In this document: piece after piece, positions 20,457 through 31,464 of the stretch
Layout: each line of letters opens with the position of its first letter
How positions within the stretch are numbered: position 1 is the first letter of the stretch
Assembly: GCF_048403405.1 (NCBI RefSeq)
Contig: NZ_CP183129.1
Source of the DNA: Escherichia coli
Lineage (GTDB): Bacteria > Pseudomonadota > Gammaproteobacteria > Enterobacterales > Enterobacteriaceae
DNA length: 64,000 bases
Reading direction: 5' to 3' (one strand)
Notes under the pieces: model-generated
Told to the model about the DNA's origin: nothing
Database searches by the model: none
What the model saw: only the letters and a program-made list of their open reading frames with translations
Program-made: the position numbers and the translations under genes

Positions 20457-21353
20457 ATGGACATTTTTATTTCGAAAAAGATGCGCAATTTCATTTTATT
20501 AGCGCAAACCAATAATATTGCCCGGGCGGCAGAAAAAATCCATATGACGGCTTCGCCATTTGGTAAAAGCATTGCCGCGCTGGAAGAACAAATTGGCTAT
20601 ACGCTATTTACCCGCAAAGATAATAATATCAGCCTCAATAAAGCCGGACAGGAACTGTATCAAAAACTGTTCCCGGTTTATCAACGACTTTCTGCGATTG
20701 ATAATGAAATCCATAACTCAGGGCGTCGTTCACGAGAAATTGTGATTGGCATAGATAATACTTATCCGACAATTATTTTTGATCAGTTGATTAGTCTCGG
20801 AGATAAGTATGAAGGCGTGACCGCCCAGCCAGTTGAGTTCAGCGAAAACGGCGTTATCGATAATCTTTTTGACCGTCAGTTAGATTTTATTATCTCCCCA
20901 CAGCATGTATCTGCACGAGTTCAGGAACTGGAAAACCTGACTATCAGTGAACTACCACCGCTGCGATTGGGCTTTCTCGTTTCTCGCCGTTATGAAGAGC
21001 GACAAGAGCAAGAGCTGCTTCAGGAGCTACCCTGGCTGCAAATGCGCTTTCAGAACCGGGCCAACTTCGAAGCAATGATTGATGCGAATATGCGACCTTG
21101 TGGGATCAATCCCACCATTATTTATCGTCCCTACAGTTTTATGGCCAAAATCAGCGCCGTGGAGCGCGGACATTTTCTGACGGTGATCCCGCATTTTGCC
21201 TGGCGACTGGTGAATCCGGCAACGCTGAAATATTTTGATGCGCCGCACAGGCCGATGTATATGCAGGAATATCTTTATTCAATCAGAAATCATCGTTATA
21301 CCGCCACGATGCTTCAGCATATTGCTGAAGATCGTGACGGGACGAGTCATTAA
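20457..21353 (+). CDS. ygfI: LysR-family transcriptional regulator
   Basis: Track ORF of 298 aa. It has an N-terminal wHTH (LLAQTNNIARAAEKIHMTASPFGKSIAALE). Its position next to the sbm operon matches YgfI. Confidence 0.88.
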   Translation: MDIFISKKMRNFILLAQTNNIARAAEKIHMTASPFGKSIAALEEQIGYTLFTRKDNNISLNKAGQELYQKLFPVYQRLSAIDNEIHNSGRRSREIVIGIDNTYPTIIFDQLISLGDKYEGVTAQPVEFSENGVIDNLFDRQLDFIISPQHVSARVQELENLTISELPPLRLGFLVSRRYEERQEQELLQELPWLQMRFQNRANFEAMIDANMRPCGINPTIIYRPYSFMAKISAVERGHFLTVIPHFAWRLVNPATLKYFDAPHRPMYMQEYLYSIRNHRYTATMLQHIAEDRDGTSH

Positions 21354-22828
21354 CCCAGCATCGAGCCGGTTGCAATTAAATTACGGTGTAAATCGAAGAC
21401 GTGGCTAAGATCGTGGTGAATATGTCCGCCGGGCGCATTTTCCAGATAGCGATGCAGATAATCCCGATACATAGGATGTGCACAATTATCAATGATAGTG
21501 CGGGCGCGTTGAAGCGGGGAAAGACCACGCAGATCGGCGATGCCTTGTTCGGTGATGATCACTTTGACGCTGTGTTCGCTGTGATCAACATGGCTGCACA
21601 TTGGCACGACGGTTGAGATCTTGCCTTCTTTAGCAATCGACGGGGCCATAAAGATCGACAGATACGCGTTGCGTTCAAAATCACCGCTGCCACCGATGCC
21701 GTTCATCAGATCGACCCCGGCTACGTGCGTTGAGTTGGCATGCCCGTAAATATCAAACTCCAGGCCGACGTTCAGAGCGATGACGCCCAGACGACGGATG
21801 ATTTCCGGGTTATTGGAAATTTCCTGCGGACGCAACACAATGCGGCTGGCAAAGTAATCCATATTGTCGTAAATCTTGCGCAGGGAATCGGCCGAGATAG
21901 TCAGGCTGGAGGCGCTGGCCCCGCTGATTTTGCCGGTTTCCAGTAAATGCACCACCGATTCCTGTAGCACTTCCGAATACATCATAAACGGAGGAATTTC
22001 CGGGTTTTCCCCTAGTCGCGCCATGACTGCATTATTGATGTTGCCTACGCCACTTTGCAGCGGCAGAAATTCCGGCGGAATACGCCCATGCGCCATTTCC
22101 TGCAACAAGAACGTGACCACGTTATCGGCAATCTGCTGGCACATGGGATTTTGCTTATCCAGCATATTACCGGCGTCAGGCAAGTTGGTTTCCACGACGG
22201 CGACAATCTTTTTCGGATCGATTTGCACATAGCGGGTACCGACGCGATCCATTGCATGGAAGATCGACACGCTATTGCGCCGCGGTGGCGCGCCAGGAAT
22301 CACAATATCTGCCAGTTCTGCAACGCGCGGATCGTGATAGTGATTAAGTTCAATGATCACTTTCTTCGCTCGCAGCAGCCAGGTCGGCGCATTACCGATC
22401 CCGCTGGTTAACCAGACTCGACCATCCGGTGCCAGTGCCGATGCTTCGATGACGGCAACATCAATGTCGCCGAAGAAACCGTAATTGACCATTTGCGCCA
22501 CTTCGCTCAAATGCAGGTCAACGAAACTCACCGCGCCCTGATTGATCTTTTTACGTAAACCGGACGATGTTTGATATGGCGCACGCCAGGAAACAGCATC
22601 GGCGTCAGAAAGTACATCGTCAGCGGCGGCGCTGATTGACGCCCCCGTCAGCAGGCGAATTTGATACGGCTTTTTGGCCTCATGCTGTTCGTTAGCTCTG
22701 CGGGCAATCGCGGTGGGTAAGGCTTTCGGCGAACCCGCTGGGGTAAAGCCGCTAAATGCCACCATGTCGTTATGCTGGATAATTTCTGCCGCTTCATCGG
22801 CGGTCATCCTTGTCCACTGAGTTTCCAT
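21350..22828 (-). CDS. scpC: Propionyl-CoA:succinate CoA-transferase
   Basis: Track ORF of 492 aa, METQWTRMTADEAAEIIQHNDMVAFSGF... It belongs to the acetyl-CoA hydrolase/transferase family and matches ScpC (YgfH). Confidence 0.94.
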   Translation of the reverse strand: METQWTRMTADEAAEIIQHNDMVAFSGFTPAGSPKALPTAIARRANEQHEAKKPYQIRLLTGASISAAADDVLSDADAVSWRAPYQTSSGLRKKINQGAVSFVDLHLSEVAQMVNYGFFGDIDVAVIEASALAPDGRVWLTSGIGNAPTWLLRAKKVIIELNHYHDPRVAELADIVIPGAPPRRNSVSIFHAMDRVGTRYVQIDPKKIVAVVETNLPDAGNMLDKQNPMCQQIADNVVTFLLQEMAHGRIPPEFLPLQSGVGNINNAVMARLGENPEIPPFMMYSEVLQESVVHLLETGKISGASASSLTISADSLRKIYDNMDYFASRIVLRPQEISNNPEIIRRLGVIALNVGLEFDIYGHANSTHVAGVDLMNGIGGSGDFERNAYLSIFMAPSIAKEGKISTVVPMCSHVDHSEHSVKVIITEQGIADLRGLSPLQRARTIIDNCAHPMYRDYLHRYLENAPGGHIHHDLSHVFDLHRNLIATGSMLG

Positions 22829-22851
22829 TTTAACTCCTTCGTTCGCAGGGA

Positions 22852-23637
22852 TTAATGACCAACGAAATTAGGTTTACGTTTTTCGAGGAAAGCGTTCATC
22901 CCTTCCTGGTAATCTTCGCTGTCATAAACCGCGCGGCGCATCCCCTGAATACGTTCAAATTCATCGGAGTTCATGGTGTGTGCTTCGCCCAGTACACGCA
23001 GCTCTTCTTTGATAACGGCAATGGCTAACGGCGCTTTCTCAGAGATGTGGTGCGCCATTTGTAAGGTGAAATCTTCCAGTTCTTCCACTTCCACAACATG
23101 GTTGAGGATGCCGACAGCCAGCGCGCGCTGGGCGGTGATTGGCGAAGCGGTAAAAATCAGCTCTTTGACAATGTGGAAGCCCGCGTCGCGGGTCAGGTTG
23201 TGAATGCCGACCAGGTTATACGGGACACCGAGGTTTACAGGTGTCATTGAGAAGGTTGAGGTACTGGCGGCGATAATCAGATCGGAACTCATGATCATTT
23301 CAAATGCGCCACCCCAAACACTACCTTCCACCATCGAAATGATCGGTTTCGGGAATTTTTGGATCATGCGGGTGATTTGACGCAATGGATCATCATAGGA
23401 GAGCGGATCGCGACCGCCAGACGGCAGTTCGTGAATATCGTGACCTGCGGAGAAGACTTTGGATCCACTCGGCGCGCGCAAAATGATACAGCGAATTTCC
23501 GGCCGGTTGAGATCGCTTAACGCCTGCATAAGATCATCAATAAAGACTTTACTTAAGGCATTAAGTTTTCGGCCATAGTTAAACTCAATGACCGCCACTT
23601 TGTTGATAGTGACAACGTTCACATACTGATAAGACAT
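22852..23637 (-). CDS. scpB: Methylmalonyl-CoA decarboxylase (crotonase family)
   Basis: Track ORF 22852..23679. The internal ATG at 23637 gives MSYQYVNVVTINKVAVIEFNYG..., 261 aa, and matches ScpB (YgfG). Confidence 0.93.
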   Translation of the reverse strand: MSYQYVNVVTINKVAVIEFNYGRKLNALSKVFIDDLMQALSDLNRPEIRCIILRAPSGSKVFSAGHDIHELPSGGRDPLSYDDPLRQITRMIQKFPKPIISMVEGSVWGGAFEMIMSSDLIIAASTSTFSMTPVNLGVPYNLVGIHNLTRDAGFHIVKELIFTASPITAQRALAVGILNHVVEVEELEDFTLQMAHHISEKAPLAIAVIKEELRVLGEAHTMNSDEFERIQGMRRAVYDSEDYQEGMNAFLEKRKPNFVGH

Positions 23638-23647
23638 AAAAATTCCT

Positions 23648-24643
23648 TTAATCAAAATATTGCGTCTGGATAAATTCACTGAGCTGCCGCAGGCCGGTGC
23701 GCGGTGAGAGCGTATTGTTTTTGACCGCTAAAAGCGTCTGGCGGTAATAGCGATCGAAATCTTCATTCGCGAACAGGTGATTCAGTACTTCTTCTTCGGT
23801 TTGTTTACGCAGCCATTCCACCGATTGTTGTTGCCGCACTTGTTGTAATCGACCACTGGCAGTTAGCGCGGTTTTGAAGTCGATGATGGCGTGCCAGATC
23901 TCATCGATTCCACGTTTTTCCAGTGCGCTACAAGTCAGAACCCGTGGCTGCCATTCGTCGTATTTACGTCGCAGAATATGCAGAGCACTCTCGTACATAT
24001 GCCGGGCAATGGCGACATTGGTATGGTTATCGCCATCGTCTTTGTTGATAACGATCAGATCTGCCACTTCCATCAGCCCCTTTTTAATGCCCTGCAGATC
24101 ATCGCCGCCACCGGCAATTTGCAACGAGATAAAACAGTCCACCATGCGGGCGACTTCCGTTTCTGACTGCCCGACGCCAACCGTTTCGACAATCACTACG
24201 TCATAACCCGCCGCTTCGCATAACAGCATTAATTCCCGCGCTCGCTGACTGGCACCGCCCAGATGGCCGGAGGAGGGTACCGGGCGAATAAACGCCGCCT
24301 CGGCACGCGCAAGGTCATTCATGCGGGTTTTATCCCCGAGAATGCTACCGCCAGTGACCGGGCTGCTGGGATCGACCGCAATAACCGCAACCTTTAATCC
24401 CTCACGAATCAACAACATGCCAAAGGCTTCAAGAAAGGTACTTTTCCCCGCGCCGGGTGTGCCGGTAACGCCCAGTCGCAGGGCGTTACCACAGAACGGC
24501 ATAATGGCGTCAAGCAGCTGAGTACTTAGCGCCTGATGACGCGGGTGACGGCTTTCCACCAACGTCATGGCCTGGGCAAGCGTGGCACGCTCACCCTTAC
24601 GTAAGCGGCGAATACTTTCTGCCAGCGTGGCTTCATTAATCAT
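23648..24643 (-). CDS. argK: MeaB/ArgK-type G3E GTPase, methylmalonyl-CoA mutase chaperone
   Basis: Track ORF of 331 aa with a P-loop GTPGAGKST. It overlaps the scpA stop by 8 bp and matches ArgK (YgfD). Confidence 0.93.
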   Translation of the reverse strand: MINEATLAESIRRLRKGERATLAQAMTLVESRHPRHQALSTQLLDAIMPFCGNALRLGVTGTPGAGKSTFLEAFGMLLIREGLKVAVIAVDPSSPVTGGSILGDKTRMNDLARAEAAFIRPVPSSGHLGGASQRARELMLLCEAAGYDVVIVETVGVGQSETEVARMVDCFISLQIAGGGDDLQGIKKGLMEVADLIVINKDDGDNHTNVAIARHMYESALHILRRKYDEWQPRVLTCSALEKRGIDEIWHAIIDFKTALTASGRLQQVRQQQSVEWLRKQTEEEVLNHLFANEDFDRYYRQTLLAVKNNTLSPRTGLRQLSEFIQTQYFD

Positions 24644-26780
24644 GATGCTGGCTTATCAGATTCAGTGCGTCGCGCACGCTGTCGAGCATAGGTGTACCTG
24701 GACCATAAATCGCCGCCACGCCGCGCTCTTGCAGGAAGGCGTAATCCTGCGGCGGAATGACGCCACCGGCGACTACGCAGATATCTTCGCGTCCCCATTT
24801 TTTCAGCGCTTCGACCAGTTCCGGGATCAGCGTTTTATGACCGGCAGCCAGTGAGGATGCGCCCACTACGTGAACGTCATTTTCTACTGCCAGGCGGGCG
24901 ATCTCTTCAGGTGTAGAGAACATCGGGCTTAAATCTACGTCGAAACCGAGGTCGGAATAGGCGCTGGCGATCACTTTCGCGCCGCGATCGTGCCCATCCT
25001 GACCCATTTTAGCGATCAGAATGCGCGGGCGACGACCATTGTCGGCAAGGAACAGCTCCGTTTGCGCAACAATGGCATCGAACTCGGAGGCCGATTTCTC
25101 AGACTGATGATAGCTTTGCGCAATCACGCCGGTAACACACTGGCTTGGCACCAGATAACGGTCGAAAGCGGCTTCCAGCGCATCGGAAATTTCACCCAGG
25201 GTGGCGCGAACGCGAGCGGCATTAACAGCGGCAGCCAGCAGGTTTTCGTTATGCTGTGCGGCGTGAGTCAGGGCGTTCAACGCGGCGGTTACGGCGGCAT
25301 CATCACGGGTGGCGCGAATGCGTTCCAGCGAAGCAATTTGCTCGTTACGCACCATCACGTTGTCGATCTCAAGGACGTCGGTTTCGTCTTCGTGATCCAG
25401 TTTGTACTTGTTGACACCAACGATGACACGCTTGCCCTGGTCGATCAGCGACTGTTCGCGCGCTGAGGCCTCTTCGATCATTCGTTTTGGCAGACCTGCT
25501 TCGATCGCTTTCGCCATACCACCGGCTTCGTCGATCTGTTGGATAATAGCTCTGGCTTGTTTGACGATTTGATCGGTCAGCGACTCAACGTAATAGGATC
25601 CGGCCAGTGGATCGACGGTGCGGCAGAGTTCTGATTCTTCCTGAATGATGATCTGGGTATTGCGGGCAATGCGTGCTGAGAAATCGGTAGGCAAACCAAG
25701 CGCTTCGTCAAAGGCGTTGGTATGCAGTGACTGAGTACCGCCCAGCGTTGCAGCCAGTGCTTCAATGGTGGTGCGGATAACGTTGTTATACGGATCCTGT
25801 TCAGTCAGGCTCCAGCCTGAGGTCTGGCAGTGGGTACGCAGCGCCAGTGATTTCGGATCCTGTGCGCCAAATCCACTGACCGCTTCGCTCCATAAATAAC
25901 GTGCCGCACGCAACATGGCGACGTTCATAAACAGATCCATGCCAATGCCGAAGAAGAACGACAGGCGAGGAGCGAAGTCATCAATTTTCAGCCCGGCGGA
26001 GATTGCTGCTTTGATGTACTCAATCCCATCAGCGAGCGTAAATGCTACCTGCTGCACGCAGTTGGCACCCGCTTCACCCATATGGTAACCGCTGATACTG
26101 ATGGTATTAAATCGCGGCATGTTGCCGGAACACCAGGCGATGATGTCTGCGATAATACGCATTGACGGTTTTGGCGGGTAAATATAGGTGTTGCGGCAAA
26201 GATACTCTTTGAGGATATCGTTTTGAATAGTGCCGGTCAGTTTATCGGGTGTAACACCTTGCTCTTCTGCGGCGACAATATAAAACGCCAGTACTGGTAG
26301 TACTGCGCCATTCATGGTCATCGAAACCGACATTTTATCCAGCGGGATCTGGTCGAACAGGACTTTCATATCTTCCACGGTGTCGATAGCAACGCCCGCT
26401 TTGCCGACGTCGCCCGCCACGCGCGGGTTATCGGAGTCGTAGCCTCGGTGGGTGGCAAGGTCAAACGCAACGGAAAGACCTTTTTGCCCGGCGGCCAGGT
26501 TACGGCGATAAAAAGCGTTGGACTCTTTTGCTGTTGAAAAACCAGCATACTGACGGATGGTCCACGGTTGGGCGGTATACATAGTGGCACGCGGGCCACG
26601 AACGTAGGGGGGCAAACCAGGAAGGGTACCTGTCACCTCCAGATTATCGAGATCGGCTTCGGTATACAGCGGCTTGATGGCGATCCCTTCCGCGGTTTGC
26701 TGAACCAGCGAGTCGACAGTTTTCTCCCGACGGCTCAATTCCTTGTTGGCAAGCTGTTGCCACTCCTGCACGTTAGACAT
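24636..26780 (-). CDS. scpA: Cobalamin-dependent methylmalonyl-CoA mutase
   Basis: Track ORF 24636..26801. The ATG at 26780 gives [25 protein letters not shown]..., 714 aa, with a C-terminal B12-binding DxHxxG ([11 protein letters not shown]), and matches ScpA (Sbm). Confidence 0.95.
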   Translation of the reverse strand: MSNVQEWQQLANKELSRREKTVDSLVQQTAEGIAIKPLYTEADLDNLEVTGTLPGLPPYVRGPRATMYTAQPWTIRQYAGFSTAKESNAFYRRNLAAGQKGLSVAFDLATHRGYDSDNPRVAGDVGKAGVAIDTVEDMKVLFDQIPLDKMSVSMTMNGAVLPVLAFYIVAAEEQGVTPDKLTGTIQNDILKEYLCRNTYIYPPKPSMRIIADIIAWCSGNMPRFNTISISGYHMGEAGANCVQQVAFTLADGIEYIKAAISAGLKIDDFAPRLSFFFGIGMDLFMNVAMLRAARYLWSEAVSGFGAQDPKSLALRTHCQTSGWSLTEQDPYNNVIRTTIEALAATLGGTQSLHTNAFDEALGLPTDFSARIARNTQIIIQEESELCRTVDPLAGSYYVESLTDQIVKQARAIIQQIDEAGGMAKAIEAGLPKRMIEEASAREQSLIDQGKRVIVGVNKYKLDHEDETDVLEIDNVMVRNEQIASLERIRATRDDAAVTAALNALTHAAQHNENLLAAAVNAARVRATLGEISDALEAAFDRYLVPSQCVTGVIAQSYHQSEKSASEFDAIVAQTELFLADNGRRPRILIAKMGQDGHDRGAKVIASAYSDLGFDVDLSPMFSTPEEIARLAVENDVHVVGASSLAAGHKTLIPELVEALKKWGREDICVVAGGVIPPQDYAFLQERGVAAIYGPGTPMLDSVRDALNLISQHHD

Positions 26781-26983
26781 TATTTGCTCCGTAAAACGCA
26801 ATCAAAATGAGGGTATTTGCGCTTACGGTGAGCTTTTTACGTGGGTTTGTCGCCAGCAAAAAAAATGCATTCAGACGTCGTTTTTTGCCGCCTGAGATTT
26901 GTCTATTTTGTGATGTGATTCAAGGAATACAAAAAGACGTGCGGATAATGCCTGATATGTGCTATCAGGCATTATTTGATGGA

Positions 26984-27877
26984 TTAATCCTGACGAAGGA
27001 CTTTGTGACCATAATCGAGTAACGCATCAGTGACTTTACGCATCATGCGGCTTTCAGGAGCAAAGCGGTGCCAGTAGAGCATCCGTCGTTGAAATAGCCC
27101 AGGCGTTAAGTCAATCAGTTCACCGCTGGCCAGCTCTTTCTCGATTTGCAGGTGCGGGATCATACAGCAGGTGGTGCCCTGGCGAGCAAGTTGCACGAAC
27201 GCTTCTGAAGAATTAACGATATGGCAGGGTACGCTGCCAGGAGGCAGATCGAAGTTTTGCTGCAAAAAGGCCTGGTGCATATCGTCAAGATGGTCAAAGG
27301 CGACCACTGGCGCTTTCAATAATGCCGAACGCGTTACGCCGTTAGGGAAATATTTTTCGGCAAACGGTTTTGAGCTGACGAACAGATAGTCGAGCGCACC
27401 AAGTTTATCGACAAGACAACTCGGCAGTGCCTGATGTTGAATACTCACCGCGCCGACCACTTCGCCGCGGCGCAGACGTTCCTGAGTGCGGGTTTCATCT
27501 TCTACCTGCAAGTTGAGGCGGATAGGCGAATCAGCCAACACAGGAGCCAGTGCCGGAAGCAACCACGTCGCCAGACTGTCGGCGTTGACCGCCAGTGAAA
27601 GCAGCAGCGGAGTCGAACCGGTTTGTTCATCGCCCAGCCACTCTTCTTCCAGCAACTCCACCTGGCGCAGCAGTGCCAGCAGTTTTTGCCCTTGTTCCGT
27701 CGGGCGCGGCGGTACGGTACGCACCAACAGCGGCTGCCCGAACATATTTTCCAGTTGCTTAATGCGCTGTGAGACGGCTGATTGTGTAATGCACAGCTTT
27801 TGTGCCGCGCGCTCAAATCCTCGTTCACGTATCACCGCATCCAGTGCCTGTAATGTTCTGTAGTCCGGGCGTTTCAT
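26984..27877 (-). CDS. argP: LysR-family regulator ArgP (IciA)
   Basis: Track ORF 26984..27943. The ATG at 27877 gives [28 protein letters not shown]..., 297 aa. Confidence 0.95.
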
Positions 27878-27985
27878 TGCTGTTGTCTGCTCCTGGTAAA
27901 TGCTTTTTCCTGCACTATGACACAATTTTGTGTCAGGTTGCATATACCGAAGCCGTCGGCGGGTAACATTTGTATTCGTGGTTAA

Positions 27986-28249
27986 ACGCGCAGCTTAAAA
28001 GATCAGGGATTTGCGCTAATGCATTTCGCTCAGCGAGTTCGCGCCCTGGTTGTGTTGAATGGCGTGGCGTTATTGCCCCAATTTGCCTGTAAACAGGGGC
28101 TTGCGAACGGTGAACTGGTGCGCCTGTTTGCACCGTGGAGCGGCATACCCAGATTGTTGTATGCCTTATTTGCGGGGCGAAAGGGGATGCCTGCCATTGC
28201 GCGATATTTTATGGATGAGTTAACCACGCGGCTTGCCAACGGGGTCTGA
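27986..28249 (+). pseudogene. yqfE: C-terminal remnant of a LysR-family regulator
   Basis: The frame is open from 27986 and the track ORF is 28019..28249 (76 aa). It encodes only the tail of a LysR effector domain (...LPQFACKQGLANGELVRLFAPW...) and no HTH region. It matches my recollection of the yqfE pseudogene. Confidence 0.75.
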
Positions 28250-28304
28250 ATCGCTTTTTTTGTATATAATGCGTGTGAAATTTCATACCATAGGCGAAAC
28301 GATC

Positions 28305-28964
28305 ATGACGCAGGATGAATTGAAAAAAGCAGTAGGATGGGCGGCACTTCAGTATGTTCAGCCCGGCACCATTGTTGGTGTAGGTACAGGTTCCACCGCC
28401 GCACACTTTATTGACGCGCTCGGTACAATGAAAGGCCAGATTGAAGGGGCCGTTTCCAGTTCAGATGCTTCCACTGAAAAACTGAAAAGCCTCGGCATTC
28501 ACGTTTTTGATCTCAACGAAGTCGACAGCCTTGGCATCTACGTTGATGGCGCAGATGAAATCAACGGCCACATGCAAATGATCAAAGGCGGCGGCGCGGC
28601 GCTGACCCGTGAAAAAATCATTGCTTCGGTTGCAGAAAAATTTATCTGTATTGCAGACGCTTCCAAGCAGGTTGATATTCTGGGTAAATTCCCGCTGCCA
28701 GTAGAAGTTATCCCGATGGCACGTAGTGCAGTGGCGCGCCAGCTGGTGAAACTGGGCGGTCGTCCGGAATACCGTCAGGGCGTGGTGACCGATAATGGCA
28801 ACGTGATCCTCGACGTCCACGGCATGGAAATCCTTGACCCGATAGCGATGGAAAACGCCATAAATGCGATTCCTGGCGTGGTGACTGTTGGCTTGTTTGC
28901 TAACCGTGGCGCGGACGTTGCGCTGATTGGCACACCTGACGGTGTCAAAACCATTGTGAAATGA
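28305..28964 (+). CDS. rpiA: Ribose-5-phosphate isomerase A
   Basis: Track ORF 28233..28964. The ATG at 28305 gives [31 protein letters not shown]..., 219 aa. Confidence 0.96.
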
Positions 28965-29220
28965 TCTGACGGGGGAACCTCCCCCCGTTAAAAAAATTCT
29001 CTTCATTAAATTTGGTGACATGTGTCACGTTTTTACCTGGCTATTGTCGATTGCTCTAAATAAACCATCTAAACCAGCATATTCATCCAAGAAATACCTT
29101 TGCGTGATATTTCCTCAACATCGCGACGCAAACGTTCATATTGCCGCAATATTATTTTTTGATATGTTGAAAGGCGGATGCAAATCCGCACACAACATTT
29201 CAAAAGACAGGATTGGGTAA

Positions 29221-30453
29221 ATGGCAAAGGTATCGCTGGAGAAAGACAAGATTAAGTTTCTGCTGGTAGAAGGCGTGCACCAAAAGGCGCTTGAAAGCCT
29301 TCGTGCAGCTGGTTACACCAACATCGAATTTCACAAAGGCGCGCTGGATGATGAACAATTAAAAGAATCCATCCGCGATGCCCACTTCATCGGCCTGCGA
29401 TCCCGTACCCATCTGACTGAAGACGTGATCAACGCCGCAGAAAAACTGGTCGCTATTGGCTGTTTCTGTATCGGAACAAACCAGGTTGATCTGGATGCGG
29501 CGGCAAAACGCGGGATCCCGGTATTTAACGCACCGTTCTCAAATACGCGCTCTGTTGCGGAGCTGGTGATTGGCGAACTGCTGCTGCTATTGCGCGGCGT
29601 GCCGGAAGCCAATGCTAAAGCGCACCGTGGCGTGTGGAACAAACTGGCGGCGGGTTCTTTTGAAGCGCGCGGCAAAAAGCTGGGTATCATCGGCTACGGT
29701 CATATTGGTACGCAATTGGGCATTCTGGCTGAATCGCTGGGAATGTATGTTTACTTTTATGATATTGAAAACAAACTGCCGCTGGGCAACGCCACTCAGG
29801 TACAGCATCTTTCTGACCTGCTGAATATGAGCGATGTGGTGAGTCTGCATGTACCAGAGAATCCGTCCACCAAAAATATGATGGGTGCGAAAGAGATTTC
29901 GCTAATGAAGCCCGGCTCGCTGCTGATTAATGCTTCGCGCGGTACTGTGGTGGATATTCCGGCGCTGTGTGACGCGCTGGCGAGCAAACATCTGGCGGGG
30001 GCGGCAATCGACGTATTCCCGACGGAACCGGCAACCAATAGCGATCCATTTACCTCTCCGCTGTGTGAATTCGACAACGTCCTTCTGACGCCACACATTG
30101 GCGGTTCGACTCAGGAAGCGCAGGAGAATATCGGCCTGGAAGTTGCGGGTAAATTGATCAAGTATTCTGACAATGGCTCAACGCTCTCTGCGGTGAACTT
30201 CCCGGAAGTCTCGCTGCCACTGCACGGTGGGCGTCGTCTGATGCACATCCACGAAAACCGTCCGGGCGTGTTAACTGCGCTGAACAAAATCTTCGCCGAG
30301 CAGGGCGTCAACATCGCCGCGCAATATCTGCAAACTTCCGCCCAGATGGGTTATGTAGTTATTGATATTGAAGCCGACGAAGACGTTGCCGAAAAAGCTC
30401 TGCAGGCAATGAAAGCTATTCCGGGTACCATTCGCGCCCGTCTGCTGTACTAA
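29221..30453 (+). CDS. serA: D-3-phosphoglycerate dehydrogenase
   Basis: Track ORF of 410 aa, MAKVSLEKDKIKFLLVEGVHQKALESL..., with a C-terminal ACT domain. Confidence 0.97.
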   Translation: MAKVSLEKDKIKFLLVEGVHQKALESLRAAGYTNIEFHKGALDDEQLKESIRDAHFIGLRSRTHLTEDVINAAEKLVAIGCFCIGTNQVDLDAAAKRGIPVFNAPFSNTRSVAELVIGELLLLLRGVPEANAKAHRGVWNKLAAGSFEARGKKLGIIGYGHIGTQLGILAESLGMYVYFYDIENKLPLGNATQVQHLSDLLNMSDVVSLHVPENPSTKNMMGAKEISLMKPGSLLINASRGTVVDIPALCDALASKHLAGAAIDVFPTEPATNSDPFTSPLCEFDNVLLTPHIGGSTQEAQENIGLEVAGKLIKYSDNGSTLSAVNFPEVSLPLHGGRRLMHIHENRPGVLTALNKIFAEQGVNIAAQYLQTSAQMGYVVIDIEADEDVAEKALQAMKAIPGTIRARLLY

Positions 30454-30472
30454 TTCCCCTTCTCTGAAAATC

Positions 30473-30505
30473 AACGGGCAGGTCACTGACTTGCCCGTTT
30501 TTTTT
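30473..30505 (+). terminator. Rho-independent terminator after serA
   Basis: The aacgggcag-gtcactgac-ttgcccgtt hairpin is followed by a run of eight T. Confidence 0.8.
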
Positions 30506-30640
30506 ATCCCTTCTCCACACCGTTGCCGCGTTGCGCATTCTACTTTGCGAGTCTGCTCCAGAAAATAAATCAAAGTCAGATCAATGCGTTGTGTTTATTT
30601 AATGGGGATTTACGATGGCAGGACAGCATGGGGCTGTAAC

Positions 30641-30782
30641 GGTAAAGCCCTCACCGAAGCGAGGGCTTAAAGGAGAAGGGTTATGATGCGACTTGTCATC
30701 ATACTGATTGTACTGTTACTCATAAGTTTGCCAGCTTATTAACAGTCAGTCACAGGGGAGGAGTAATCCTCCCTTACCCTTA
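30641..30782 (-). ncRNA. sibC: Sib antisense RNA (type I antitoxin)
   Basis: The minus strand begins taagggtaagggaggattactcctcccc... and ends with the hairpin aagccctcgcttcggtgagggcttt. It is fully antisense to ibsC. The ends are approximate and from recollection of Sib RNAs. Confidence 0.7.
30683..30742 (+). CDS. ibsC: Type I toxin Ibs (19-aa hydrophobic peptide)
   Basis: Short ORF not in the track, preceded by aggagaaggg SD, encoding MMRLVIILIVLLLISLPAY. This is the Ibs family signature, and the serA/fau intergenic position is the same as K-12 ibsC. Confidence 0.85.
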   Translation: MMRLVIILIVLLLISLPAY

Positions 30783-30842
30783 CTCACTAAATTAGGTTAA
30801 AGAATCAACGATGTCAATCAGGGCGATGCAGGTGTGTCGCCC

Positions 30843-31391
30843 TCACCACTCCCAGACTTTCGACGGTGTAACCACCGCAGGAAGAGGGATATCCCACTCT
30901 TCAACGGGGAGTTTTTCCACCAACTGACAATCATGCGCATAACCCACCGGTTGCATTTTATAGTGCTGCCAGTTTTGTAAGGTCCGATCATAAAAACCAC
31001 CGCCCATTCCCAGGCGCTGGCCGTACTCATCAAAGGCGACCAGCGGTGTGATCAACACGTCTAATCGGGAAAGGGGGAGCACGTCACGCACATCCAGTTT
31101 TGGCTCATGGATCTTCAACCTGTTCATCACCAGTTCGCTTTGCGGATGGTAATTCAGGAACAGCAAATTACCGGCACTAAAGGGATGCAAAACTGGAAGA
31201 TATACGCGCTTACCGGCGCGCCAGAGTTGTTCTATGAGTGGCTGGGTGTCGAGTTCGCCATCAAAAGAGAGGAATACAGCAACCGTATGTGCCATCATCA
31301 CTGGGGGATAAGTCATCATCCGGGTAGCAGCTTGTTGACCCATTTTCAGCTGTTGTTCCGGCGTTAACGCACGACGACGTTGCCGAATCAT
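30843..31391 (-). CDS. fau: 5-formyltetrahydrofolate cyclo-ligase
   Basis: Track ORF 30843..31589. The ATG at 31391 (MIRQRRRALTPEQQ..., 182 aa) is the K-12 annotated start as I recall. An alternative ATG at 31445 would give 200 aa. The upstream part of the ORF is the 6S RNA gene. Confidence 0.88.
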   Translation of the reverse strand: MIRQRRRALTPEQQLKMGQQAATRMMTYPPVMMAHTVAVFLSFDGELDTQPLIEQLWRAGKRVYLPVLHPFSAGNLLFLNYHPQSELVMNRLKIHEPKLDVRDVLPLSRLDVLITPLVAFDEYGQRLGMGGGFYDRTLQNWQHYKMQPVGYAHDCQLVEKLPVEEWDIPLPAVVTPSKVWEW

Positions 31392-31464
31392 TTTGCGGAT
31401 TTCTTGTCGAGATAATGTCAGTGGGAGTTCTGGTAGTTGCGTCATGGCTGGTGCCAGATAAGAA

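Noticed and set aside
28968-28990. Strong hairpin acggggg-aacct-cccccgt after rpiA as a terminator
   Set aside because: The hairpin is clear, but on the + strand it is followed by an A-run rather than a T-run. I did not list it as a canonical intrinsic terminator, though it may still act as one or as an mRNA stabiliser.
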